Origin: Candidatus Fimimonas merdipullorum
Lineage (GTDB): Bacteria > Bacillota > Clostridia > Christensenellales > CAG-314
Length of the DNA: 54,979 bases
Direction: 5' to 3'
NCBI GenBank assembly: GCA_018713905.1
Contig: DVOC01000065.1
Location: forward strand, 1-54,979
Below the pieces are notes generated by a model. The model saw nothing but the letters and a program-made list of their open reading frames with translations, did not search any database and was not told where the DNA came from. Positions within the stretch are counted from its first letter, which is position 1. The number at the start of each line of letters is the position of its first letter. This document shows, piece by piece, positions 24,227-33,781 of the stretch. The translations under genes and the position numbers were made by a program.

Positions 24227-27022
24227 TCACTTTCCCGCCTTGTCCTTTTTGCGTTGCAGGCGTTTTAAGGCGTATTCCTCCTGCTTGGTGAGCTGTTTTT
24301 CCGTCTGCTGCGCCTGTTTGGCAAGTTCTTTGGGATAGCAGCAGTTTTTGTACTTTTTGCCGCTGCCGCAGGGGCAGGGACCGTTGAGTTTTTTCTCGGG
24401 GTTTATTTCACCCTTTTGCTTGGGCTCCACCGTCACTTTGACCAACTTGCCGAAAAACAGCATACGCACCGTCCGCACCTTGATTTGTTCGTTAAGCTTT
24501 TGGAACATCTCGTAGGCTTCCTTTTTGTAGACGGAAAGAGGATCGTGCTGTCCGATAGATTGCAGTCCCACTCCCTGACGCAGTTCGTCCAGAGCCTCTA
24601 TTTCGTCCATCCAAAGGTTGTCGGTGGAGTTGAGCAGAGCAAACCTTTCCAAATCGGCAAAGTCCTCGACGTTGCGGCGCTTTTCTTCCAGCAGTTCCCG
24701 CGTTTTTTGCGCAAGCACGTCGCACACGGCGCGGGCAGAGGTGACGTCGTCTTGTACGAGAGGCTGCTCGACGGGGAAGTACATTCTGAGCTTTTTGTTG
24801 ACGGAGTCAACGTCCCACTCGGCAACGTTTTCCCGCGCGTCGCAGGCGTATTCCAGCGCATGGCGGGCGTATTCGTCGCTCATGGCAAGTATTTCGTCGT
24901 GCACGTCCGCGCCGTCCAGCACCCTGTTGCGCTCGCCGTAAATTATTTTGCGCTGCTGATTGTTTACGTCGTCGTATTGCAGCACGTTTTTGCGGGCGGA
25001 AAAGTGCATACCCTCCACCTTTTTTTGTGCGCTTTCCAGCGTTTTGCTGAACAGCGGATGCTGAATGGGGTTGTTGTCGTCGGCGCGTATGAACGCCACG
25101 GCGCGCTGCATTAAATCTCCGCCGAAGATACGCAGCAGGTCGTCCTCGGCAGACACGAAGAATATCGATTCGCCGGGATCGCCCTGACGGCCGGCACGGC
25201 CGCGCAGCTGATCGTCTATACGACGGGAATCGTGTTTGTCGGTGCCTATTACGCACAGACCGCCCGCCGCAATTACCTTTTTCTTTTCCTCGTCGGTGAC
25301 GGCGGAAAACTTTTTGACAGTCTCGCGGAAAACGCGTTGCAGCTCCTCCGTTTCCTCGTCCTTTGCCACGAAGCCCGCCGCCGCCTCTATCTGCGCGTCG
25401 TCGTAGCCCTGTTTTTTCATTTCCTGACGGGCAAGAAACTCGGCGTTGCCGCCCAGCAGAATGTCGGTGCCGCGCCCCGCCATGTTGGTGGCTATGGTGA
25501 CGGCGCCCAGACGTCCCGCCTGCGCTATTATGGCTGCCTCGCGGCGGTGGAATTTGGCGTTGAGCACGTTGTGCTGAATACCCTCGCGTTTGAGCAAGGC
25601 GGAAAGCTCTTCGCTTTTTTCCACCGTGACAGTGCCTGCCAGCACCGGCTGTCCCTTTTTGTTACGCTTTTTTATTTCCTCCACCACGGCTTTGAGCTTG
25701 CCCTGACGGGTGGCGAAGAACAAATCGTCCTTGTCTTGGCGTATCATGGGCAGGTGGGTGGGAATGACCACTACGTCTATGTTGTAGATGGTGTTGAACT
25801 CCTTTTCTTCCGTTTTGGCGGTACCCGTCATGCCGCTCATTTTGCGGTACTGACGGAAGTAGTTCTGCAAGGTTATGGTGGCGATGGTTCTGTCCTCCTC
25901 GCGCACGGTGAGGTGTTCCTTTGCCTCTATCGCCTGATGCAGTCCCTCGGAAAACCGTCTGCCCTCCATTTTGCGCCCCGTAAAGGTGTCTACTATCACC
26001 ACTTCGCCCCGCTCGACGATATAATCCTCGTCGCGGTGCATTATGGCGTGCGCCCTCAGAGCGTTGTTGATATAGTGGTTTAGCTCGATATTGTCCGGAT
26101 CGGAAAGATTTTCCAGCCCGAAAAACTTTTCCGCACGCGCTATGCCCTCGTCGGTGAGGCGGACGGATTTTGTTTTTCTGTCCACCACGTAGTGACCGTT
26201 GGGCTGTTCGTCGTCCTTGGTTTTGCCCTCGTTGTCGGTATTGGTGGAGTTGCGCAGCGTGCACACGAATCTGTTTGCCTTCTGATAGGTGTCCGCCGAA
26301 CGCCTGCCGGGGCCGGAAATGATGAGGGGAGTGCGCGCTTCGTCGATAAGTATGCTGTCCACCTCGTCTATTATGACAAAGTTAAGCCCGCGCTGAACGC
26401 AATATTTGCGGGACTGCGCCTGATTGTCGCGCAGATAGTCGAAGCCGAATTCGCTGTTGGTACCGTAGGTGATGTCGCTGTCATAGGCTTTTTTCTTTTC
26501 GGCAACGGACATCTGACTCAACGTGACGCCCACAGTAAGCCCCAAAAACCTGAACACCTTGCCCATCCACTCCATATCGCGCGTGGCAAGATATTCGTTT
26601 ACCGTCACTATGTGAACGCCTTTGCCGGTAAGAGCGTTGAGATACGCCGGCAGCGTTTCCGTAAGCGTTTTGCCTTCGCCTGTGGACATCTGGCATATGC
26701 GCCCCTGATGAATGGCAATGCCTCCCAGTATCTGCACGAAATAGTGGCGCTGATGCAGCACCCGCTTTGCCGCCTCGCGGCACACGGCAAAGGCGTCGGG
26801 CAAAAGCTTGTCCAACGATTCGCCCTTTTGGTAGCGCTGCCGAAGAATTTCCGTCTGCGCCGACAGCTGTTCGTTGTCCATCGCGGCGTAGAAAGGCTCC
26901 TTCGCCTCCACTTCCATTGCCGTTTTGTGCAGTTTTTTCACGGCGGAAGCGTTGCCGCCGCCGTATCTCTTTTTGGTGACGGCAAAAGACTTTTTGTAGT
27001 TATCGTCAACGTAGTTTTTCAT
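24227..27022 (-). CDS. secA: Preprotein translocase ATPase SecA
   Basis: Walker A MSTGEGKTL, DEAD-like DEVDSILIDEARTPLIISG and the C-terminal zinc motif CPCGSGKKYKNCC. Start set to ATG 27022, which overlaps the comFC stop (ATGA). Confidence 0.95.
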   Translation of the reverse strand: MKNYVDDNYKKSFAVTKKRYGGGNASAVKKLHKTAMEVEAKEPFYAAMDNEQLSAQTEILRQRYQKGESLDKLLPDAFAVCREAAKRVLHQRHYFVQILGGIAIHQGRICQMSTGEGKTLTETLPAYLNALTGKGVHIVTVNEYLATRDMEWMGKVFRFLGLTVGVTLSQMSVAEKKKAYDSDITYGTNSEFGFDYLRDNQAQSRKYCVQRGLNFVIIDEVDSILIDEARTPLIISGPGRRSADTYQKANRFVCTLRNSTNTDNEGKTKDDEQPNGHYVVDRKTKSVRLTDEGIARAEKFFGLENLSDPDNIELNHYINNALRAHAIMHRDEDYIVERGEVVIVDTFTGRKMEGRRFSEGLHQAIEAKEHLTVREEDRTIATITLQNYFRQYRKMSGMTGTAKTEEKEFNTIYNIDVVVIPTHLPMIRQDKDDLFFATRQGKLKAVVEEIKKRNKKGQPVLAGTVTVEKSEELSALLKREGIQHNVLNAKFHRREAAIIAQAGRLGAVTIATNMAGRGTDILLGGNAEFLARQEMKKQGYDDAQIEAAAGFVAKDEETEELQRVFRETVKKFSAVTDEEKKKVIAAGGLCVIGTDKHDSRRIDDQLRGRAGRQGDPGESIFFVSAEDDLLRIFGGDLMQRAVAFIRADDNNPIQHPLFSKTLESAQKKVEGMHFSARKNVLQYDDVNNQQRKIIYGERNRVLDGADVHDEILAMSDEYARHALEYACDARENVAEWDVDSVNKKLRMYFPVEQPLVQDDVTSARAVCDVLAQKTRELLEEKRRNVEDFADLERFALLNSTDNLWMDEIEALDELRQGVGLQSIGQHDPLSVYKKEAYEMFQKLNEQIKVRTVRMLFFGKLVKVTVEPKQKGEINPEKKLNGPCPCGSGKKYKNCCYPKELAKQAQQTEKQLTKQEEYALKRLQRKKDKAGK

Positions 27023-27765
27023 ACGTCCTCCTCTATTTCCCATACGGTGCGCTCCTCGCGGGAGGCGACCGTTATGCACACCACCGAGCGCGCTCCTTTG
27101 CGTTTGAGCGCCTGCGCGCACCTGTTGAGGGTGGAGCCGGTGGTTTTTATGTCGTCTATAAGCAGCACGTTTTTGCCCTTTGCCTCCGCCGAGGCGGCGA
27201 AAGCGCCCACAAGGTTTTCCTCACGCTGCTTTTTGTTAAGCGTTTCCTGACGCTGCGTTTCCTTTATCTTGGCAAGCAGCGCCACGGGAGGCGCTTTTTC
27301 CAGTATATCACAAAAGCTTTCGGCAAGCAACTGCGCCTGATTGTAGCCGCGGCTTTTCTGCGCGGCGGCAGTCATGGGCACAAAGGTGACGACGTCGAAG
27401 CCGACGTTGTTTTTGACGGCGCAATACGCCAGATACCGCGCCAGTACCTTGGCGTTGGTAGCAATACCGCCGAACTTCATCTGCAATATCGCCTGCTGCA
27501 CCGCCCCTTCGTAGCAAAAGGGAGAATAACACCTGTCGAAATAATTCTTCTCGAAGGCGCACCTGCCGCAGTAGTTTTCCGCGCCGTGCAGCGCAACTCC
27601 GCACAGCAGACAGGTTTTGCCGTTGTTGAACTTGACCTTTTTGAGGCAGCGGGTGCAAAAGCCCGTTTGGTCGAATACGTCTGCTCCGCAGCTGACGCAG
27701 CGGAACTCGGCGGGAGCGACGGCTTCCTGAAAGCCTTCGTAAAGTTTTTTGAAAAAGCCTTTCAC
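27019..27765 (-). CDS. comFC: ComF family protein (ComFC-type phosphoribosyltransferase with N-terminal zinc fingers)
   Basis: CxxC pairs (CVSCG...CTRC...CLLCG...CGRC) and the PRTase loop VLLIDDIKTTGSTL. Start set to GTG 27765 (AGGAGG 4 nt upstream), which overlaps the recD2 stop (GTGA). Confidence 0.8.
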   Translation of the reverse strand: MKGFFKKLYEGFQEAVAPAEFRCVSCGADVFDQTGFCTRCLKKVKFNNGKTCLLCGVALHGAENYCGRCAFEKNYFDRCYSPFCYEGAVQQAILQMKFGGIATNAKVLARYLAYCAVKNNVGFDVVTFVPMTAAAQKSRGYNQAQLLAESFCDILEKAPPVALLAKIKETQRQETLNKKQREENLVGAFAASAEAKGKNVLLIDDIKTTGSTLNRCAQALKRKGARSVVCITVASREERTVWEIEEDV

Positions 27766-30038
27766 TGCTCCTCCTGCTGCGCAGAGGTGGACGTCGTGCC
27801 GAAAAACTTGCTGAAGCTGTCCTTCTGCTCCTTCAGAAATCTGCACAGATTGGTGGTTCTTGCCGCAACGTAGTTGTTGTGCACCATCATGGCAAGCACC
27901 TTTTTGCTGCCCACCAGCACCACGGCGCGCTTTGCGCGGGTAATTGCCGTGTACAGCAGATTTCTGTTTATGATGGTGGGCGGCCCGCTGAGCAGCGGCA
28001 TCACCGCTACCTCGAACTCGCTGCCCTGACTTTTGTGTATGGTAATGGCGTAGGCGGGCTGTATGTCCCCCAAGTCCTGACGGGAATAGTACGCCCGTCT
28101 GCCGTCGTCGTACAGCACCGTCATGGCGCCCTCCGCTTTGTTTATGTCGAGCACCACCCCTATGTCGCCGTTAAACACTCCCTTGCCCTGTTCCGTACTG
28201 CCGTTTGCGCCAAGCTTTTCGTAGGGAAGCTCGTAGTTGTTCACCGTCTGCATCACCCTGTCCCCTTCGCGTATGACGTTTTTGCCCAGCAGCAATTCGT
28301 TTTTGCCGTAAGAGAAGGGATTCAATGCGTCCTGCAACATACGGTTGAGGTTTTCCACTCCGCACACGCCCCCCTTGAGGGCGGCGAGCACCTGTATTTC
28401 CGACGGGGGAAGTCCCGTAAACTTCGGCAATCTGTTTGTGACAAGGCTTACCACCGTCTGCGCCGCCTCGGCAAAGTTCGATTGGGCAAGCAGGAAAAAG
28501 TCCTTGCTGTGGTTGTTTATTTCCGGCATATGCCCGCCGTTGACGAGGTGGGCGTTGTAGGCAATGAGGCTGTCCTCCGACTGGCGGTAGATGTGCGTAA
28601 GGTACCTTACCTCCGCCACTCCGCTGTGAATAACGTCCGCCAGCACGTTGCCCGCGCCTACGCTGGGAAGCTGATCCTTGTCCCCCACGAGCACTATGCG
28701 CGTGCCCTTTTCCAGCGCCGAAAGCAGGCTGTTCATAAGGGACACGTCCACCATGGACACCTCGTCCACTATCACCACGTCGCAGGGCAAGCTTTCCCAG
28801 CGGTTGTAGCGGAAGGTCATCTGCCCGTTGACGAATTCGCACCCCAGCATGCGGTGAATGGTCTTCGCCTCGGCGCCTACGCTTTGCGACATGCGCTTTG
28901 CCGCCCTGCCCGTAGGAGCGCAAAATTCCAGCCGCAGCCCTGTTGCCGTAAGAATGTCGGCAATGCACTTGATGATGGTGGTTTTGCCCGTGCCCGGACC
29001 GCCCGTTATCACCGTCACGCCGTTTATCAGCGCGGCGCGCACCGCCCCCACCTGACTTGCGTGAAAGGTTATGCCGTTGATCTTTTCAAACTGCGCGATA
29101 AGCGCGTCGGCGTCTATCAGTATCCTCTTTGCCGAAGCGTTTAAGTCCAGCAGCTTGTAGGCAATGGATTTTTCCAGCTTGTAGTACTTTGCAAGGGAAA
29201 CGCACTGCCTGCCCTCCGCCGAAAAGCATATCACCTGCGGCTCCAGCGCCAGACGGGACAAGGCGTCGTCGAACAGATCGCTTTCTGCAAGATCCAGCTG
29301 CAACAGCTCCGAGCACCTTGCCGCAAGGTCGTCCCTGTACAGATAGGTGTTGCCCTGTTTTTCCGCCGAATCTTTCAGCGTGTACACTATTGCCGCGCGT
29401 ATGCGGAAACGGCTTTCCTGGGGCACCGACATGCTTTGCGCTATCTTGTCGGCGGTGATAAAGCCCACGCCGTTCACGTCGTCTATCAGCCTGTACGGAT
29501 TTTGCGCAATCAGCGTCTGCGTTTCCTCTTTGTATATGTTGTATATTTTTACCGCAAGATTGGTGGTGATACCAAAAGACTGCAAAAACATTACCTGCTG
29601 CTGCATATCTTTAAGCTGCGCCACGGAATTGGCTATGTCCAGCGCTTTTTTTGCCGATATGCCCTTTACCTCGGCAAGCAATGCGGGGTTGCTTTCTATC
29701 ACGCCGAAGGTATCGTCGCCGAAGCGGTCGTAAATGCGCTTGGCGGTCACCTCCCCCACGCCCTTTATCAGCCCTCCGGAAAGATAACGTATTATGCCCT
29801 CGCGGTTTGTGGGCGAGGAAATTTCGTAGCTTTGCGCCACTATCTGCTCGCCGTACTTCTGGTGAAAGGACATCTCCCCCGTCACGGTGAGCACCGCGCC
29901 TACGGTAAGCATGGGAAAGGTGCCCACGCAGACAAGATTTTCTCCGTCGGCTGCCAAAGTGACAACGGTGTAGCCGTTTTCCTCGTTGCGGAACACTATG
30001 CCCGCAACTACTCCCTTTACCGTGACTGTGCGTGTCAT
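27762..30038 (-). CDS. recD2: RecD2-type SF1B ATP-dependent DNA helicase
   Basis: Walker A ITGGPGTGKTT, DEVSMVD, VLVGDKDQLPSVGAG and the C-terminal YAITIHKSQGSEF...LLYTAITRAK; 758 aa. Its ATG directly abuts the metK stop (TAGATG). Confidence 0.9.
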   Translation of the reverse strand: MTRTVTVKGVVAGIVFRNEENGYTVVTLAADGENLVCVGTFPMLTVGAVLTVTGEMSFHQKYGEQIVAQSYEISSPTNREGIIRYLSGGLIKGVGEVTAKRIYDRFGDDTFGVIESNPALLAEVKGISAKKALDIANSVAQLKDMQQQVMFLQSFGITTNLAVKIYNIYKEETQTLIAQNPYRLIDDVNGVGFITADKIAQSMSVPQESRFRIRAAIVYTLKDSAEKQGNTYLYRDDLAARCSELLQLDLAESDLFDDALSRLALEPQVICFSAEGRQCVSLAKYYKLEKSIAYKLLDLNASAKRILIDADALIAQFEKINGITFHASQVGAVRAALINGVTVITGGPGTGKTTIIKCIADILTATGLRLEFCAPTGRAAKRMSQSVGAEAKTIHRMLGCEFVNGQMTFRYNRWESLPCDVVIVDEVSMVDVSLMNSLLSALEKGTRIVLVGDKDQLPSVGAGNVLADVIHSGVAEVRYLTHIYRQSEDSLIAYNAHLVNGGHMPEINNHSKDFFLLAQSNFAEAAQTVVSLVTNRLPKFTGLPPSEIQVLAALKGGVCGVENLNRMLQDALNPFSYGKNELLLGKNVIREGDRVMQTVNNYELPYEKLGANGSTEQGKGVFNGDIGVVLDINKAEGAMTVLYDDGRRAYYSRQDLGDIQPAYAITIHKSQGSEFEVAVMPLLSGPPTIINRNLLYTAITRAKRAVVLVGSKKVLAMMVHNNYVAARTTNLCRFLKEQKDSFSKFFGTTSTSAQQEEQ

Positions 30039-31226
30039 CTATTTCTCCGCGGCGGCGTACTTTTTCAGTTGCTCCGCCATATCAGTCTGTTCCCACGGGA
30101 ACTGCTCTCTGCCAAAGTGTCCGTAGCTTGCCGTCGCCTTGTATATGGGACGCTGCAAGTCGAATTTGTTTATTATTGCGCGGGGACGAAGGTCGAACTC
30201 CTTCGTTATCGCGTCGGAAAGCGCCCCGTCGCTTATTACGCCCGTGCCGAAGGTGTTTACGTCCACCGAAACGGGCTTGCTGCGCCCTATGGCATAGGAA
30301 ACCTGAATCTGTATGCGCTTTGCCAGCCCTGCCGCCACGACGTTTTTGCATATATACCTTGCCATGTACGCCGCCGAACGGTCCACCTTGGTGGGATCCT
30401 TGCCGGAAAAGGCGCCGCCGCCGTGCGCACAGTAGCCGCCGTAGGTGTCTACGATAAGCTTTCTGCCCGTAAGCCCGCTGTCCGCCGCGGGGCCGCCGAT
30501 TTCAAAACGCCCCGTGGGGTTGATGTAGTACTTTGTCTTTTCGTCCAGCAGCTCCAGCGGCACCACGTCGCGTATTACGAAACGTATCATGTCCCGCGCA
30601 ATGGTCTGACTGTCAACGTCGGGGCTGTGCTGTGCCGAAAGCACTATGGCGTCTACCCTTGCGGGCTTGTCGCCGTCGTATTCCACCGTCACCTGACACT
30701 TGCCGTCGGGACGAAGATAACCGAGTATGCCCTGCTTGCGCACCTCCGCCAGCCGTTTGCTTATTTTCTGCGCCAGCGTTATCGCCATGGGCATGTATTC
30801 CGACGTTTCGTCGCAGGCGTAGCCGAACATCATGCCTTGGTCGCCCGCGCCGTAAATGTCCAGCACGTCCCCCTCCGTGCGGTATTCCCCCGATTTGTCT
30901 ACGCCGAGGGCAATATCCGGCGATTGCTTATCCAGCGAGATGATTACGCCGCAGCTGTCGGCGTCAAAGCCGTACTTGGCGCGGGTGTAGCCAATTTCGC
31001 GCACCGTGTCACGCACTATGGAGGCGTAGTCCACTATCGCCGTGGTGGTTATTTGCCCCATCACAAACACCGTGCCCGTGCATACCACCGTTTCGCACGC
31101 CACGCGCGCGTCGGGATCCTGCGCTAAAATGGCGTCTAAAATGGCGTCGGAAATCTGGTCGCACATTTTGTCGGGGTGTCCTTCGGTAACGCTTTCCGAA
31201 GTGAAAAATCTTCTTTTGTTCGTCAT
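30039..31226 (-). CDS. metK: S-adenosylmethionine synthetase
   Basis: [32 protein letters not shown] and [19 protein letters not shown] motifs. Start set to ATG 31226 (AAAGGAGAAAA RBS). The ORF-track extension to 31394 runs through the riboswitch. Confidence 0.95.
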   Translation of the reverse strand: MTNKRRFFTSESVTEGHPDKMCDQISDAILDAILAQDPDARVACETVVCTGTVFVMGQITTTAIVDYASIVRDTVREIGYTRAKYGFDADSCGVIISLDKQSPDIALGVDKSGEYRTEGDVLDIYGAGDQGMMFGYACDETSEYMPMAITLAQKISKRLAEVRKQGILGYLRPDGKCQVTVEYDGDKPARVDAIVLSAQHSPDVDSQTIARDMIRFVIRDVVPLELLDEKTKYYINPTGRFEIGGPAADSGLTGRKLIVDTYGGYCAHGGGAFSGKDPTKVDRSAAYMARYICKNVVAAGLAKRIQIQVSYAIGRSKPVSVDVNTFGTGVISDGALSDAITKEFDLRPRAIINKFDLQRPIYKATASYGHFGREQFPWEQTDMAEQLKKYAAAEK

Positions 31227-31269
31227 TTTTTCTCCTTTTAACCATCGAAGGCGTATCGGCCGAGGCAAT

Positions 31270-31424
31270 AAAAAACGGCTTGCCGCGTGGGACAAGACCG
31301 GTTTGCACTCCATTCCTTTCGCCGTCCCATCTTTCAGGGTGATTGCCCTGCGGAAATTAGCACCTAACGGTATTTTAGGTTGCTGTGACTTCATCGAGTC
31401 CGTCTCTCTGTCACTCTCGATAGG
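31270..31424 (-). promoter_or_regulatory. SAM-I (S-box) riboswitch with terminator expression platform, leader of metK
   Basis: Minus-strand RNA CCUAUCGAGAGUGACAGAGAGACGGACUCGAUGAAGUCACAGCAACCUAA..UUAGGUGCUAAUUUCCGCAGGG..CCCUGAAAGAUGGGA (31424-31325) has the P1-P4 layout and conserved AUGAA / GCAACC / GGUGCUAAUU / GAAAGAU blocks. A CGGUCUUGUCC-CACGC-GGCAAGCCG hairpin plus UUUUUU lies at 31301-31270. Confidence 0.8.
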
Positions 31425-31435
31425 TTATTGCCCAT

Positions 31436-31464
31436 ATTATACTATAAACGATCTTTCCTGTCAA
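31436..31464 (-). promoter_or_regulatory. Promoter of the metK leader (TTGACA-17-TATAAT)
   Basis: Minus strand: TTGACA (31464-31459), 17-nt spacer, TATAAT (31441-31436). The -35 hexamer is the last 6 nt of repeat array R2. Confidence 0.6.
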
Positions 31465-31606
31465 CTCACCTTGCCGCACCTTGCCGGTGGGGCGAGTAGC
31501 GCACCTTGCCGGTGGGGCGACCGACGTATCTGCTTGTGGCTGACGTTTATGCTATCGGCTTGAATGCGCTTTCGTGAAACATACGGCATTTGTGGCTGAC
31601 GTTCGT
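31459..31606 (-). repeat. Array R2 of the modular repeat family (about 1.5 units, inverted orientation)
   Basis: Contains caccttgccgcaccttgccggtggggcgagtagcgcaccttgccggtggggcgaccgacgtatctgcttgtggctgacgtttatgctatcggctt, the reverse complement of the unit seen in R3 and R4. Confidence 0.8.
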
Positions 31607-31951
31607 GTTTTACCCTTTTATATACTTAATTTGACGAACGGGTATGTTATTCGTTTGTAACTGCCTTTTATTTTGGCCAAGCTGTTTTGTCCTTAAAACA
31701 GGCGTCTTTGGCGACTTGCCTTTTGTGACAACAGAATTGCAGCTGAAAGAACGTCCATTGTTGCCCTTGCGTTTTGCAAAAATGCCTTGTCCGAACGAGC
31801 GGCGTTTGCGCCCCTTTACGTTTTGTGCAAACGCTTTTGTTTTTGAGGCGTTTATATTTGCGCCCGTGAGCTTGCGTTCGTTTGCCCGCTTTTTGACGCC
31901 TTTTGCAAGCGTAAAACTGCCGCATTGTTACAAAAAACCCAATACGTATGC

Positions 31952-31979
31952 AAAAAATAACGCCTGCAAGAGCAGGCGT
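31952..31979 (-). terminator. Rho-independent terminator of the GPH transporter gene
   Basis: ACGCCTGC-TCTT-GCAGGCGT hairpin (minus-strand reading) followed by TATTTTTTG, 12 nt after the stop. Confidence 0.65.
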
Positions 31980-31990
31980 CAGAAAAATTG

Positions 31991-33781
31991 TTATTCTGCC
32001 GAGGCTGTCTGAGCTTCGTCGGACTGTTTGCGTTTTTCTATTTCGGAAAGCATCATGTCGTAGTAGTCTTCGTCTATGATGAACTTTTTGTTTTGCACCA
32101 GCAGCGAAAGCAGCAGGAATATCATGGGCGCAACGGTGACGGACATTCTTATCCACAATCGCATGGACAGGTCGCCCTCCGCCTTGAAGTTGTCGTTGGC
32201 GGCGTTGAAGTCGTTGCCGCTGCCGTCCTTGCCGGAAATTGCCATGACGTATTTGCTGTCTGCGTCCAGCGCTACCCCCGACATATCTTTGAGGTACCCC
32301 ACAAATTCCGTGCCCTCCGCAGTCTGCTTCATTATCGCCACGTCGCCCAAAGCCGCAAGGTATTTGCCGTCTATCTGCTTGCCTTTTAGCGCGTCGTTGT
32401 TCTGCATAAGCTCCGTTATCTCGTCCAAATCGACGTTGGGATCGTCCAGCATGACGAGGTATTCCGTAACGGCGTCGATATACTGCACCTGCTCCGCCGT
32501 CGTTTCCATTCTGTCGAAATGCCCTTTTTGCACTTCCAGCGTGGAGATGTTTTGCGACAGCCCGTACACCATAGACACCGTAAGCACCAGCGTGACTATG
32601 CCGTACTTCAAAGCGTCGGCAAACTTCGCCATGAAGGGGCGCAGGGTGGAAACCACCGCTTCGTTGCGTTCGCCCCGCTTGTATTCGTTGTATTCCACGC
32701 AGTTGGTCATGTTGATGATGCTTGCCATATAGAACAGCGCCTGCCCCACAAACACGAACACGCCGAAAATACTAAGCGTTATCAGATTGAAGGGAAGAAT
32801 GTTCGTCCAGCCCAACAGCGCAATGCCGAGGTAACCGAAGCACGCCACAAGGATAGACCACGTCTGCAATTTCTTTCTGCCCAGCTTTTGCGCCAGCTTG
32901 GGATAAAACGCCTGCGCCGCAATGTTGAATATGCCGAAAATGGCAATGAACACTATGGCGTTGCCGTCGTAGCCTATTTCAAGGTAGTACAGGTTGTATG
33001 CCAATCCTACAAGCAGGCTGCTGCCCACGTTGTAGAACAGCATAGACAGCGTCATCCACAGCACCTGATCGTTTTTGCGAATGGTATCCCACATTTGCTT
33101 TAAGGACACTTTTTCGTTCTTTTCCATTGAGGCGCGGGGACGCTCCCTTATGAACAGCACCATTATCGTCTGCATTGCCACGAATATCAGCGCCACGGCA
33201 ATGGATATCCAGCGGAAAGCCTGCCGCACGTTGCCGGGATACAGGAAGGAAATTCCCCCTTGGGCGATGAAGGCGCCTACGCCGGCGAACACCACCGTAA
33301 GCATGGTGGCGGAGTTTCGCTGCTCCTTTTTGCTGGAAAGGCTGGCAAGCATGGACCAGTAGCCTATGTCGTTCATGGTGAATGCGCTTTCCCACAACAG
33401 GTACATCACCGCCATGAATACCACAAACGACCAGCCCGAAAGGCTTTGCACGTTGAACATGGCTATGATGATTGCCCCCGTAAGCACGGCGCCCATAAGT
33501 ATCCACGGACGGAACTTGCCGAACTTCATATGCGAGCCTTCGATTATCGCCCCCATCATGGGATCGTTCACCGCGTCCCAGATACGGCCGCCGACGCCAA
33601 TCAGCAGACTGATCGTGGTAAACTGCACTATGGACAGCGTCATGCCGAACTGTATGTAGGTGAGCAGGAAGGACGCAATGAGCTGATAGGACATATCTCT
33701 GCCTATGCCGGACACGCCGAACAGCCATTTGTTGCGATTGAATTGCCTGTCTTCTGCCGAGACAGCAACTGCTTTTGTCAT
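31991..33781 (-). CDS. Glycoside-pentoside-hexuronide (GPH) family sugar:cation symporter with a large extra loop
   Basis: The N terminus is typical of MelB/YicJ-like GPH carriers (GIGRDMSYQLIASFLLTY..., RIWDAVNDPMMGAIIEGS..KFGKFRPW). At 596 aa it is about 130 aa longer than usual, because of a hydrophilic insert before the last TM helix. Confidence 0.8.
   Translation of the reverse strand: MTKAVAVSAEDRQFNRNKWLFGVSGIGRDMSYQLIASFLLTYIQFGMTLSIVQFTTISLLIGVGGRIWDAVNDPMMGAIIEGSHMKFGKFRPWILMGAVLTGAIIIAMFNVQSLSGWSFVVFMAVMYLLWESAFTMNDIGYWSMLASLSSKKEQRNSATMLTVVFAGVGAFIAQGGISFLYPGNVRQAFRWISIAVALIFVAMQTIMVLFIRERPRASMEKNEKVSLKQMWDTIRKNDQVLWMTLSMLFYNVGSSLLVGLAYNLYYLEIGYDGNAIVFIAIFGIFNIAAQAFYPKLAQKLGRKKLQTWSILVACFGYLGIALLGWTNILPFNLITLSIFGVFVFVGQALFYMASIINMTNCVEYNEYKRGERNEAVVSTLRPFMAKFADALKYGIVTLVLTVSMVYGLSQNISTLEVQKGHFDRMETTAEQVQYIDAVTEYLVMLDDPNVDLDEITELMQNNDALKGKQIDGKYLAALGDVAIMKQTAEGTEFVGYLKDMSGVALDADSKYVMAISGKDGSGNDFNAANDNFKAEGDLSMRLWIRMSVTVAPMIFLLLSLLVQNKKFIIDEDYYDMMLSEIEKRKQSDEAQTASAE

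Noticed and set aside
31227-31394. 56-codon N-terminal extension of metK in the ORF track (451-aa model).
   Set aside because: The extension is the SAM-I riboswitch and its terminator. Canonical MetK begins at [20 protein letters not shown], with a strong RBS at 31226.
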